This document shows positions 37,479 to 50,535 of a stretch of DNA of 64,000 nt, piece by piece. The stretch spans positions 19,865,048-19,929,047 of the forward strand of contig OZ316891.1 in NCBI GenBank assembly GCA_973895155.1, written 5' to 3'. The notes beneath the pieces were generated by a model. It ran no database searches. It saw nothing but the letters and a program-made list of their open reading frames with translations, and was not told where the DNA came from. Within the stretch, counting starts at the first letter, position 1. The number at the start of each line of letters is the position of its first letter. Origin of the DNA: Marsupella aquatica (lineage: Eukaryota > Plantae > Marchantiophyta). The position numbers were made by a program, and so were the translations under genes.

Positions 37479-39041
37479 AATGGCGAAAAAGATGCTCCCT
37501 GCGCAAGAGTCCATTTATTGGACCAAACCATGGGGGTTCACTACCTTGATTGTCTCCGTATTGGGTATGCCTTCCCTAGTGGTTGCCTCATGCTTGTTAT
37601 TAAGGAGAGCCATGGTTTAGAGACTTCACTCTAGATCATAGGCTCTAGAAGGCAACTTTTGATTGCAGATTATTAGTCAGATTTTGTGTAGGCTTTAATT
37701 CTAACAATATACTGGGCATTGCCGCCCCGCTCCTTTTCAAAAAAGTGCTGTGTGCACTTTATTTTAGTGCCATGCTGAATGTTAATTATTTTGATCAGCC
37801 GAGTACCTATGCTTTATTACACTGAAGACTTCCAGATAAGACAAAGAAATGCAGGTGAGTAAAGGAAATTGTTGAGACCATGTGGTCCTTACTATACAGG
37901 CATGTTGTCATCTTGGCCCATGCTTCCTTACCATGCAGGCACACATATAAAGCCTGGGTGAAAAGTTTATGATGGGAAGAAGAAATGTATTTTGATTTGT
38001 TTCCATCTATTTTTTATTTTTACTTATTACTTTTCCTGTTTTTAATAATGTTTGAAGGATAGGGGTGTTGTTGTTTTTTTGTTTTTCTCTTGGGTTTCTG
38101 GTCAAATTCACGGGGTCAATTTGAACCCTTGCCCACCTCTCGCACCTCTCCTATTTTAATAAGGTCAGGTGGATGTTTTTGTTCCATTTGTTAGTGCAGG
38201 CAAATTGTTATGGCAAAGTGGTTCAACCTTGCACAATATTTGTTTTTGGCCCTCATTTAAACTTTATTTATCTTTGTTTCCCATTTCATTTTAACTTTAT
38301 TTATCTTTGTTTCCCATTTCATTTTCTTTGCATCACCTGACATAGTTTTAGTTTGCATAGAGTTTCCTTTTTTGCTCCAATGGATTTTCTCCTTTCCCTA
38401 TGGGATTAGTTTTCTTTGAAACCCTATTAGCATCAAACACTTTTTCACCCACAATCTTTTATGTTGACCAAAAACATCCACATGGACAACACCTTGCACC
38501 CAAATTAGGTGATTAATTTATTTCCTGAGGGGAAAAGGAGTGAGGGGAAAAGGAGTGGATGGACATAGGAAGGGAATATATCAAGGGATACTCACAGTGC
38601 ATCCACCTGGCCCTTGTCTTCCCTTAGCCTCAAGAAAGAAATAAATCACCTCTCTGTCCCCCTCCCCTCACCTGGGGAGAGAAAGGGGAGGGAGAGGAGG
38701 AGAAAAATGTTGCATGACCCTACTTGGACCCTCTTGTTGCTGTTGCCTGTCTTACATAGATCTCTTCACCTTGCCTCAATGACACCTATTTTCCTCAATG
38801 ACTTCCTCCAAGAAATTTTTTTGCATCCATTTGCAGAATCACATCTTTTTCACATGGAGATCGTTAATGCAAAGACATTTTTTTGGTATAGATTTGCACC
38901 ATGACATCGCTGTCGCATGAGTATCTTCTACGCAAACACATCTTTTTCGTATTGATTTGCACAATGACATCTTTTACATGACACCATGGCCACAAGGACA
39001 ATCATGCAATGCGCAGACATTGGGCTCTTGGATGCATATCT

Positions 39042-39263
39042 GTTTTTGGGCTACTTTGGTAACATTTTCCTCACCAAAAGGAAACTCCAATTAACTAAAA
39101 CAAAAGCTCCTACAGCGCATAATATTCATCTATGGGAGCAAAGCATTCTGGTTTTTTGGGCTACTTGGTAACATTTTCCTCACCAAAAGGAAACTCCAGT
39201 TAGCTAAAACAAAAGCTCCCATAGGACATAACATTCATCTATGGGAGCACAACATTCTGGTTT
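39042..39263. repeat. 109-bp tandem duplication downstream of LeuRS
   Basis: AACATTTTCCTCACCAAAAGGAAACTCCA at 39061 and 39170. Confidence 0.9.
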
Positions 39264-39500
39264 CTCAGAAGGATTCTCAAAACCAGAATTGACCATCATG
39301 AAAACTTATGTTCTACTAAGATACTACTTATCTTGGGTGTCCAAAAATGCTCGGTCCATCAGAGTCTTCCGTCAAACTGCAGGTCAATCGTGGTGGTCCA
39401 TCTGGGTATGAAGCTCAATCTGAGAATCAACTTCCACACTTCCTACATCAATTGTAAAATATATTCAAAACCAGAGCTTCTCCAGGCAATTTATTTATAG

Positions 39501-42500
39501 TCATTTGACAATTAAATTCAATATTCTTCCCGATACATAGATTTTCTTCTTGATGCTTTTCCCCTCTAAGAATTTGGCAAACTTGCCACTCTCTACAACT
39601 GCGGCAAAGACAGTTTCTTCATCAGCCTCTACAGCCACTTCAATCGTTCCCCGCAGCTTCCCATTCATTTGCACAGGAAGGACGATACTCTCCTCTTTCC
39701 AGTACTCCTCCTTAGCCTACATCAGACAAGTGGGGTTCTTAGCAGCACATATCTGAGCTGTCCAGAGAATTCATGTCATCACAAAATGCAGCAACTATGA
39801 AGTTTCCTTGGCCTTCACTTCTATCAAGCTAAAGCTATTCAAAAAATATCACACAAGGCGAGGCTCACCTCTGGCCAGCTTTCATATGACAGACTCTTTG
39901 GGTTCCCAAGACGGTACCATAACTCTTCAGCGATGTGTGGAGCAAAAGGTGATAGCAGTAGAACAAATGGTCCCATGGCCGATCTTGGTCGATCACTCCA
40001 CTGAGAATTTCGACAAGATGCACAAGAAATCAAACAAGATAGAACTTGTAGGCATCACATAGAATAGCTGTAACTGATACGCAACCTCGCAAACGATTCG
40101 CACAGAACACGTCCACAATGGTCTTATATTCGGCCTCCCTAAACTGGGCCTTTGTTCATTCATTCCCAAAAGTCAGAGTTAAGTGGCTCTCGAAATTTCA
40201 AAGGCAACTATATAGTAATTAATCCAGCTCCAGCTTTGCATTTCTGTGAAACCGTATGTCTTGAGAGTATTCCATCCAAGCAGTTTCGCATGCTGTCAAA
40301 CATACGCATCCTTATCTTTGATGAAGCCCTCATACCCTAAACATCATGCTTGGGTTCCACTTCTTTCGAACACAGACTATCTTACGAGTTTCATTGGTCA
40401 ATGCACAGACTGAGACTGAAGACTGCTTTGCAGACTCACGTTAATTCATAACAGTAGCGACCTTACCTTGATGGCTGCGTTGATAAATTCCATCATGCCC
40501 GCTATGGCAGTGTTGAATCGCATTCCTTCTATATCATCAGTAACCTATCAATTTATATACACACTGGCGTCAGACAGTGTATTTGGAACCATCAATCACA
40601 GTCGCAAAACGTGTACTCCTAATTTAAAGAGCATCAAAATGATAAGGCAGCTATGACTTGGGATCACTCCCTGACACTGCTTCCCATAAATCTCAGAGGA
40701 AAAAACTGAAGAACCTCACTTTGTGAATACAACGATGCAGTGTCTTCAACTGCTCCAGAGTCGGCGTAGAATCTGTTGCAAGTGAACCATCTGGATACAT
40801 GCCTCCTCGAGCAGGCATTCCAACAACTAGCCTCCAAGCCCGGCCCAGAAAACGATAGACTCCTTCCACACCATTCGTACTCCAAACTTTTGTCTCCCTG
40901 CGAGGTTAGTCAAGTCAATCATGTCCCGATCACAGCAGAATGACTTTCCAGACATGCAGGTGGTTAAGGACATGAATTAACGACTGTTGGAGACGAAGTC
41001 CATCTGGGAAGGGCTATCATTGCTGACCATATTCAATTAATAAACTAACAATTTAACGATGCCCCCGTAAAATTTGATCACTCATCAAGTCCGTCAAGAA
41101 GAGAAACTCATGATGAAGTGTCCTGTTGCATCATTCATCTCGGTAACAAATAAGAGCACTCATGTGAGGTAGCTACTCACTTTAGAGGTCCCATAAACAT
41201 TTCGTATAAGCGTAGCGAGTCTGCTCCAAAGTCGTTCACCACATCGTCAGGATTGATCACATTGCCTCTACTCTTGCTCATTTTATGAGCTCTAGCACTC
41301 ACTCGGATACTTGGGTCAAACTTGAGCACAAAGCCATCCCCAGACTTTTGAACCTGCATCAAGCCATCTGTTTGTTACAGCTCGGCTGGAAGAAAAATGG
41401 TAGTAACCAAAGCCAACAGCCATTTCAATTGTACCGGTTCTTATCACGCATGGGAATGTTCCATCGCAAACAAGCGCTGGATTAGAATTCTGCTAACCCA
41501 CAAAACCATCAAAGCTCAAAGGCTCTCTTTCCCTGGTTGTTGGGTGATTCCACTGTACTCAATTCGCACTTACCTCATTTTCTGGAACTTTCTCCTGCTG
41601 AAAACTTTCATCCACTGAATCAGCAGAACGATAATTTCCATCTACATCTCGGTAAGCTGTGTATTCAACCTGTAAGGTGAAAAGCAACAGTTATTATTTG
41701 ACATCACAATCAAAGTGACAATGAATATCTAAAAATTTGAACGCATAAGATCTACAGATTATACAATTGCTCGACACATACGCCCTGCTAATATGAGGTT
41801 TTCAAAAAGCGTTGCAACAAAAGTCCGCTAATTTAGCTTGTGCAGAGAAGAACATGACAAGAGTTTTTTGGCAACCCCGTAGCTTAGAGATGAAAATCTT
41901 TTCTAAGGAAACAGGTTCAACCCAAAGGTAATAAATCATCAGATACCTGACCAAGAATCATGCCCTGATTAACAAGGCACTGGAAAGGTTCTTTTGTTGA
42001 GACGACACCAATATCATACAGAACCTAGAGAGCACCAACAACACCCAGAGCACACATGAGAGGCTATAGACAATGGAAATATAACTGCACCAAGGGCAAA
42101 AGTAAACACCCCTACCGTGAACAGTTCAGCTTTCATACCATCCAACAAATCAGAAACGCGATCACTTGTCCCAGATAAGATTCTAAATACCACATGCTCA
42201 GAGTTAAATAACCCGCGCTACCGTGATAGACACAGCAGCCGGAAATTACCAAACCCTTGATCAAGAGCTGCTGTGGGAAAACATCAGCCTAGAAGCATGC
42301 CATACGCTCTACAGAATCTGTCATTGACCACGAGCAAGAACATAGCCTTTTCCTGTTTTGATGGTTTTCAGACAAACCGTACTAAGACTTCCTTTCAAAG
42401 ATAAAAACGCTGCATGGTTGTTACCTTGTGCCAGAACCTTGCATACAGTAGATGCAAAACTGAATGCTCAGCTCCTCCAACGTAAAGATCTACAGGTCCC

Positions 42501-45500
42501 CAATATCTAGACAAATCAAACGCAAAATATTACAACAACGGTACCTTTGGGGCCTGCCACTTTGTAGTGTCACAAAATATGGTGAACACCGCAAGACTCA
42601 TGATTGTGAAGATCTGTATTCAGAATCCTGAACCTGTGACCTTTCCCAAGGATGACAGAAAAAGTTGACGTACTGTCAAACAATGAATACGTAACCTCAA
42701 TGAGCATTACACGTACCTTTCCTTCTCTGGATCAACAAGTGCAACAGAGTTCTTGGGATCCATGAATCTAAGATAGTACCTGTTGCAAGTATCACAAAGG
42801 CCGGCATCAGATGTCGGAGATATAAATAGGGTCATGGCTCAATTCAAATACGACCTGTCGAGACGCCAAGAAGCCAAGTTGTTTCCTACTGCTGCCTGGA
42901 CTTCATATCTCCGTCCGCATTGAATATCGCAAAAGGCAGAGAACAAGGTCTTGATCATACCAACAAGAACCTGCCCATTGCGGCATTGTATTCGTCTCTC
43001 GTTGAGCTTGTTTCCCTGTTTCTTTGTCAAATGTCTTTACCTGTTTGTGAGCCACCAAAACATCACATACGCAACCAGAGTTGCAATGAATCCCAAACAA
43101 GGAAAGAAGCATTGATCAGACAAGAGTGGGGCAGCTAAGGTTGTGCAGTTAACCTCATTTGTACGAACTTGTGAGGATCGTTATTCAATGAAGTCATCAT
43201 CGTGTATGAATCTAGTGAATGAATATCGCCTATGACATACAAGATAGTAAATGCTCCTTCTGACTTCAGACATTTCCCATAAACTTCAAAGACAATGCAC
43301 GTATCTTGGGTCTCATACGTTCAAACATCTCAAAGTACTTCAACACTGCATAATAAGCCATTGAACGAAGCTTACCCAAGAGGTAGCCTTTGCTAATGGA
43401 GGCTCGCCAGTCCCAGTGGGTGTGAAGTCATCTATTTCTGGAAGTCTTATGGGAAGTTCACTCTCTGACACTGCTTGAGGCGTGCTTGACTCATCAACAA
43501 AAATAATTGGAAATGGTTCTCCCCAGTATCGTTGCCTGGCAAACAGCCAGTCCCTAAGCTTATAATTAACCTGTTTACAAAGAATCCCTTCTATATCAGA
43601 TCAATAATATGGAAACCCAGTCACTCGATAATCCATCACACAGGACCAGCTTAACAAAAAGCTGAATCATATTGCTACATATGTCAATCCACACATTCGT
43701 TATCAGAACCAACACCAAACAGGCTGCTTTTCCTAGAAATTACTAACAAATGCAGAGTAGACACAGTAACAGTACCTGTCTTTTCCCCTGACCAATCAGT
43801 TCAAGCCATTCAGTAATTTTGACAGCGGCTTCGGTGTTAGGTAGACCGTTCAAGTCAACTCCCAGCGAACCATAGGAAGAGTTGATAATAGTGCCACTGC
43901 CTGTGTAGGCACTTTTGCCGTCCAAGGCCCTATCTTCTCCCTGTGCAACGACAAACCTTATTGGAAGGCCGAATGCCGTTGCAAACTCAAAATCTCTTGA
44001 GTCATGGGCAGGGACTGCCATGATGGCTCCTGTGCCATAGCTGCAATTTACAAACAACTTATTTGAGCAAATCGGATACATATACAAGTGTGCAATACAT
44101 ACACAGACGTGCCTCCAGTGAGAACAGTATGTTTGCTTCATAGATAAACACAGTCTACAACTGACCAATTGACTATTAAAGACTGGTCCTTTGACAGGGC
44201 ACTGAAACACAAGATTGTGATGCCAGACGTAAATTAGGTAGCATACCTGCCTAGTACATAATCTGCAACCCAGATGGGTATAGCTTCTCCGGTTGCTGGA
44301 TTTGTTGCTGTTGCTCCAGTAAAGATTCCAGATTTAGTCTTCTGAAGTTCTTTCCTCTCCAGATCACTCTTCCTTTTCGCAGCTTCAACATATTGTTCAA
44401 CCTGCCCCACTTTTCTGTCGTCAAAATATATAGCAAAGAAATTCACTAAAGCAATCTATTCAACTGGTCAACGCATTCAGATTTCAATAACTGCTTTGAA
44501 TCAAAAGGAACCTTATATGCAGATACTTAACGACTCCACCCTGACAAATGCTTCCACGAACTCATTTGATTTCTGGATTGTCCCCACCGTAAAACATAAT
44601 AGAGACTCAGCAGAGTAGTTGCTCCAGGCTGTTTAGTGGTCTAGCTCATACTGAAAGGGAAAAACGTACCACAGCCTGTTGCTCTACTGTAGTTAGCTGA
44701 TCGAGCAAAGGATGCTCGGGAGCAATGACCAAGTATCTGTTCTTATCATCAGAAACACAAAATTGCCAAGTAAGCCCTATGAATAAAAAGTCTTTTGCTG
44801 TGGGCAAACTGGTCATGGCCATGCAAAAACAATCTTCCTGAGGGCTAAATTGCTCATTTGCTAAAATCTGTTGTGGAAAAGGAAAACAGCTCCACTTTGA
44901 CAATAACAGATAACGGTCTAGTCAAACAGTGAAAGACTGAGGTTATGAGCTTACGTGGCACCACAAATAGTGTCTGGTCTTGTTGTGAAAACAGTCAAAC
45001 CGATTGAGCTCTCATAACCACCAGCACCCACAATATTGAAATTAATTTCAGCGCCTTCAGACCTACCAATCCAGTTTCGCTGCATGTCCTTGACGCTCTC
45101 TGGCCAATCAAGCGTGTCCAGGTCCTCCAGAAGCCGGTCAGCATATGCAGTTATCTTTAGCATCCACTGTTTCATTGGCTGTCACACTAAGAAACGGAAT
45201 CAATGGTCCAGCAAAGCGCAAGATGTGCTCTTTCTTCAAACGCTACCATCAAAAGAGAAACTCGAAAAAATTCCTCTACATACACGTGGATTTCAGTGTC
45301 GAAGCATGGACGAGGATGCACCAACTGTAAGCCTCCTCTTCTGGGTATATTTAGATTGAACCAAACGAGGATGTAGTAGATGATTACCTTTCGTAGCACT
45401 GGATAGCCGCCACGTTCACTTAGCCCATCAATTACTTCCTCATTTGCCAACACAGTTCCAAGAGCTGGGCACCAATTCACAGGAACCTCGGCCTGCTCAT

Positions 45501-47125
45501 TAAATACGATAGTTATAGGTCAATCCATTACATCAGCATTCAAATTGCCAGTGAATATTCTCCTAGTACAATCTCACTTGTACTCTTCGAAAGAATTATC
45601 ACAGATAAGTATTCAGAAACCTGATATGCAAGGCCCTTGTTGAATAGTTGTAGAAATATCCATTGTGTCCATCTGTAGTAGTCAGGCTCCGTCGTTGAGA
45701 TCTCTCGTTGCCAATCATACGAAAATCCTAACGCTTTAAGCTGTGAGATCAAATCAATGGAAGGTAACCATTATTTATAGAGTGAAAAATATGAAACATA
45801 TGGAAATAGGGAATGGATAGTGCGTAACGACAGAAAGAATCCCAGCCCTCGCATGTGTTTCTGAATTTTCAAATTTGTTGCTTTCATCTTAGGGGCCTAC
45901 CTGGCTCCTGAACCGGTCGATATTCTTCAGTGTTGTCTCCCTCGGATGAGTCCCTGTCTGGAAAGGAGGGACAGTCCGGCATTATGTTTTACTCAATTCA
46001 AATAGACCTCAGGACAACGAGCCGTCAGAACCTTAAGGTGCCAAGCACGCTGAAGATGGATAGAAGGCTCCTTTGTTTCTATAGTTTCAAGATCATTTAG
46101 ACACACAATTTTTTTAGTAGTTATTCGAACGTGACTCCCATTAATACTGTAAGTCCATTCGTGGTTCTGAACAACCTGAATGGCATATTGCTCGGCTGGC
46201 AATCCGAAAGCATCCCAGCCCATTGGATGCAAAACGTTGTAGCCTCTCATCCTCTTGTACCTCGCTATAATGTCGGTAGCTGTGTATCCCTCTGGATGCC
46301 CTACGTGCAGCCCTGCACCACTATCACCCAACAGCATTTCCGTCAAAAAATCAGCACTGCTCTGGTAATCAATAGCTCACTTCTGAACGCCACCGCGTTG
46401 ACATTCACATTCCTAGATTGGAGAGAATATATTGTGAGGCATAATCGTCACAAATTTCGAAATCCCTATGTGCCATTGAGACTCTCCAGTTGTCCAGGGA
46501 AATGCAGTACTGGGAGCAACCAACCTGGGATATGGAAACATGTCCAACACGTAGAACTTGGGCTTGGAGGTGTCTACAGATTCCGGAGTACAAAAGGTCT
46601 GCTGCTCTTCCCATATGCGTTGCCATTTAGCCTCAACTTCCGGGAATGGATACTGTAAAAGCTTCCCTAATTCTGTATCCTGACCCAATCCGTCCCCCTG
46701 TAAACAAGAGGCCCGGAGGTTTCAGAGCAATGCACTACAATTCCAGCAGTGAACCGCATGGAGATGGCAGAACCCTGATCAACACAAACTCTCACCTTCA
46801 ACAAGTCGCTCTCCTGCTGCTCGAGCTGTGCTGGAGGGGTGTTGATGGCCGCATTGCAAAGGACTTCACACCGACTTGTGAATCCTGCTGCTGCTCTCCA
46901 AAACGGAATTTGTGAGCTGCTGCTCCTGCTGCTCCGGTCATGCTGAATGACTATCCCCGATCTCAGCCTGCAGCCCAGAACACTTTCCACCCTACTACTA
47001 CAAAGACGTCTGCTGCACACCGAAATTGGAATTGCCCTCCCTGCAAAGTTGAGCGCCAGGTTTTGCCCCATTACTGCCAGCCCTGCGAAACCCGCTATTC
47101 TCGATAATCCTCCATCTCCTGGCAT
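39501..47125 (-). CDS. LARS2: Leucine--tRNA ligase, organellar (bacterial-type), multi-exon
   Basis: [21 protein letters not shown] (HIGH), [47 protein letters not shown]. Exon 1 (47125-46796) splices in frame to 46697. Stop TGA at 39503-39501. Confidence 0.96.
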
Positions 47126-48264
47126 AGTGCTCCTCCCTCTCTCTCACTCTCTCCCCCCCTTCGTCGGCCTTCTCCCGCACCTACTCGTGCACTGTCATCC
47201 GCTTGGAGATCCACAATTGCACAGATTGGCAATGGCGACGGCATCCGCGTTCTCATGTGTATATTGTCTCCGACTTCAGCATATTTCGTATGATCCCGAA
47301 GCTCGTGTATTTTTGGATGTGTTTTTGAGCATGAGTAAAGCAAAATATTCAATTGGAGTGTATCGAAAATCGCGCGTACCGTCTCAGAATTCACTACACC
47401 AAATAAATCATCGTTAAGACCTCCCCAACGCGTTTGCAGTCTTGGGACCTGGAGCTGTAGCACGTCGGTTCTCAAGACTCCATTGATCCATCGAACGAGA
47501 GTCTGCTCACAAGCTATGCTGGGTACCGGGGTGGTCTCCAGAAAAGCTTAGCATTGGGGTGGGCGGGGTTTGTGGGCTAGCTCAGTTCGCGGGCCACACA
47601 CCAGAAACCAGAATCTGTGCTTGCTCCATATCCAACATCCATATTTGTTCGCTCGAATACCAAGGATCCTGTTCTGGGCGATTGGACGGGGCTCTTTGTA
47701 TCCACGTTTCTCTATCCACATTTGCCTCTCACTTTTTTTGACGGCAGCTTGTATTTAAACCACACCTGCCCACATTAAAGGGCCCCTCACACCTGCCCAT
47801 TTAATAAGAGGGCCCATTCGCTGGTGTTACCGTTTCCCCCTACACAAAGCCTTGGCCTTGTATTGACTTGGCCTTGTATTTGAACAGTGGACCATGGAGA
47901 GCTCTATTCAAATAGTGCGCCGGGTGCATTATATTGGTGTTCTGACTATGTGTTTTCATGTTTTGTTATATTTGTGTTTTGACTATGTGTTTTCATGTCT
48001 TGACCTTGTATTTGAACAATGGACCATGGAGTGCTCTATTCAAATAGTGTGCCCTGATATTATATTAGTGTGTATTCATGTTTTCATGTTTTGTGATATT
48101 AGTGTTTTGACTGTGTTTTCATGTTTTGTATTTATAGAAAGCTGTGTTCGAATATTGACGTTATGTTTGAATATTGACATTGTCATATATGATTATTGAA
48201 TTTTTTATTATTTGTGCTCAATGTAGAATAGTTTAGGGTCAAATCTCAAACAACTTGAATACAA

Positions 48265-49087
48265 TGCCTGGGTGCTGTGTTAAAAGACCTTGTGTTTTGG
48301 GGGAAAAGTACTCTTTCTTATGGAGACCTAAAGAAATCCATTTTCTAACACAACCCCGGGTGCTGTGTTCAGGGGAAGACAGTAGTGCTCATTCCTGGAC
48401 CAAGTGAATAGTGTATTCTTCATAAAACCAAGTCTATTCCTAGTGGAAATGTACAGGGTAATGGTCTCCAGAAGGGCCACTTGATACAAAAGTAGAACAT
48501 ATGTTGACCTGTGTATGCGGAGAGGCATAGGGGAGACTGTATAAGCATAATGGCCCACCACAAGCATATCGGCCAACATGAAGGGTATGTCTACCACAAA
48601 CAGACCAGAAATGTTATGGCACAGACTATAAACAGGACTATTATCTTTTGACACATACTCTCACTGTACTGCCCTGGCGCTTTTCCAGAAAATTATGAGC
48701 CTATGAATGTGTCAGACCGTTTCCTCACCATTATTCTGAGATAAAGTGACAATGTGGCTGATCTTGATTGGCCCAAATGCTTCTTTAGTCAACCATTTCC
48801 CTTAACTAAAGGTATACAATGTATAATGAGAGCTACAGGTAACCCAAAGCTCTCATAGAGGTAGTTGTGGTTTCACCAAAGGGTTGTGAGGAACTTTGAG
48901 CTAAAAAGCTCAAGATTGATAGGATGGGAAAGGAACACCAACCACGGAGCGGAGGTCAGGAGTGGGTGTGATCTACATTTGTTTCTCCCACTTTGCCCAC
49001 CCTAATGCCTGGGCGTACAGTACATGGGCCTAAAAATCACCTAGCCCCATGTACTGTATGCCCGGCTAATTGTGCAACACCCAGGCA
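48265..49087. mobile_element. Possible MITE-like or foldback remnant
   Basis: 13-bp imperfect inverted ends TGCCTGGGTGYTG / CARCACCCAGGCA, and an internal 18-bp hairpin at 49011-49063. No TSD seen. Confidence 0.3.
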
Positions 49088-50535
49088 CTCCGCTTGTCTG
49101 ATGAAACATTTTTGTAAAGGGGTATGATCAGGCAGATGAAGTTACTTATCAGTTTATTGTCTGTAAACTTTTTGTCCACCAATTCTTCAGATATTGGTGA
49201 AGAGGATATGATAGTAATAAGATATGACATTCTCATTCACACTTTCATGACTATCTATTTCATAGCATATATTGTAAAAGCCTTGATGGTGTACTTACTC
49301 AAAGGGAAAGTGGCTTCCTTGCTTAGCTTTTTTGCTCGTAAAGGTGTTTTGCTGTGTATAATAACTAGCCTATTGTAGTGTGGCCATTTCTCGACTGGAT
49401 TTTGCATTGGTTTCCTTCCCCTTGGTGGGTTTATGCAATTAAACTAAGCTCCGCCCCTTCACCGTCTTTTGGAGACGTTCAAATAAGTTGGGTTTCACCC
49501 TGTCTGCCAGGCGAATCACATTCCTGCTCACCTAGATTTCCTCAGATCACTTGTATGGGAAGGTTACAGTGGGCATGAATCTCCACTTCCTCTCCGAGAA
49601 TTGCACTATTGTAGTTATGCGGACATAGACCTGTGCCCTGACAGGATGAACCCATTCCGGGGTGCGACTTCAAGAAGAAAAATGCACAAAACCACCAGTG
49701 AGTCCGCTCAATCTGAAAAGAGTAAAGGCCATTCAGCACAATCCCGACTAATAGTGAACAAGGAGCAAGACCTTGACCTCGAAGCAATTGAAAGAATCAC
49801 CCCCAGGGAAGGAAAGGGCTCCCCTGGGCATAGGTCATAATCCACGTCTTGCATTATTACAATCCAAACTGAAGTCTGGAGCAGGTCAGGACTTCTCGAT
49901 TAGACTGTGGAGCCGAGTCAGAGCAATCTGTGGTCTTCAATGAGAAGTAAGGATCATTATCACAGTTTGAATTCAAAGTGAATGTAAGGAAGACTCCTGC
50001 TTTTACATTTTTTCCCCTACATAACCCTGATTATGCCCTTCCGTAACTGTCCTCTATTGCAGATATGAAGAGCGTTTGCAACATATCACACATGCTTGCC
50101 CGTCGGGTCAATGTCACGGCCAAATACGTTGCCACAGGTGTTGACAAATGTCTGGCAATTATCTGGATTTGTCAACACCCGCTCTTCATCAATTTGAGTA
50201 CTAATAAAGGTGACTGAAATATTTGACAAAGTAACACGTGCAAAACGGATGATTCTGATAAGCTCCTTCAAGAAAGAATGTTGATCAAATTTGATTCATC
50301 AAAGTGCAAAAAGCAGCTCCAATTCCATGGACCGCAAGGAGGTCCCCATAGAAGAAGCATGGGGACAATGTCAAATCAAATAAGCCAAATTTTCCTAGTA
50401 TAAAAAAGGAGAAGTCATTTAAACTCAATGTGGGGAAACCCGCGATCTGGTAGACTCTAGATACAGCCCCTTCCACTACAATAGGTCTGGAAGGCTCAAT
50501 TTCAAAAATGGTTAACAAAAATCTCTTCCTGTCAA

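Noticed and set aside
47861-47876. 16-nt match to the reverse complement of the module 1 end (8876-8891)
   Set aside because: A single 16-mer match within 64 kb on two strands is compatible with chance, and the flanks do not align.
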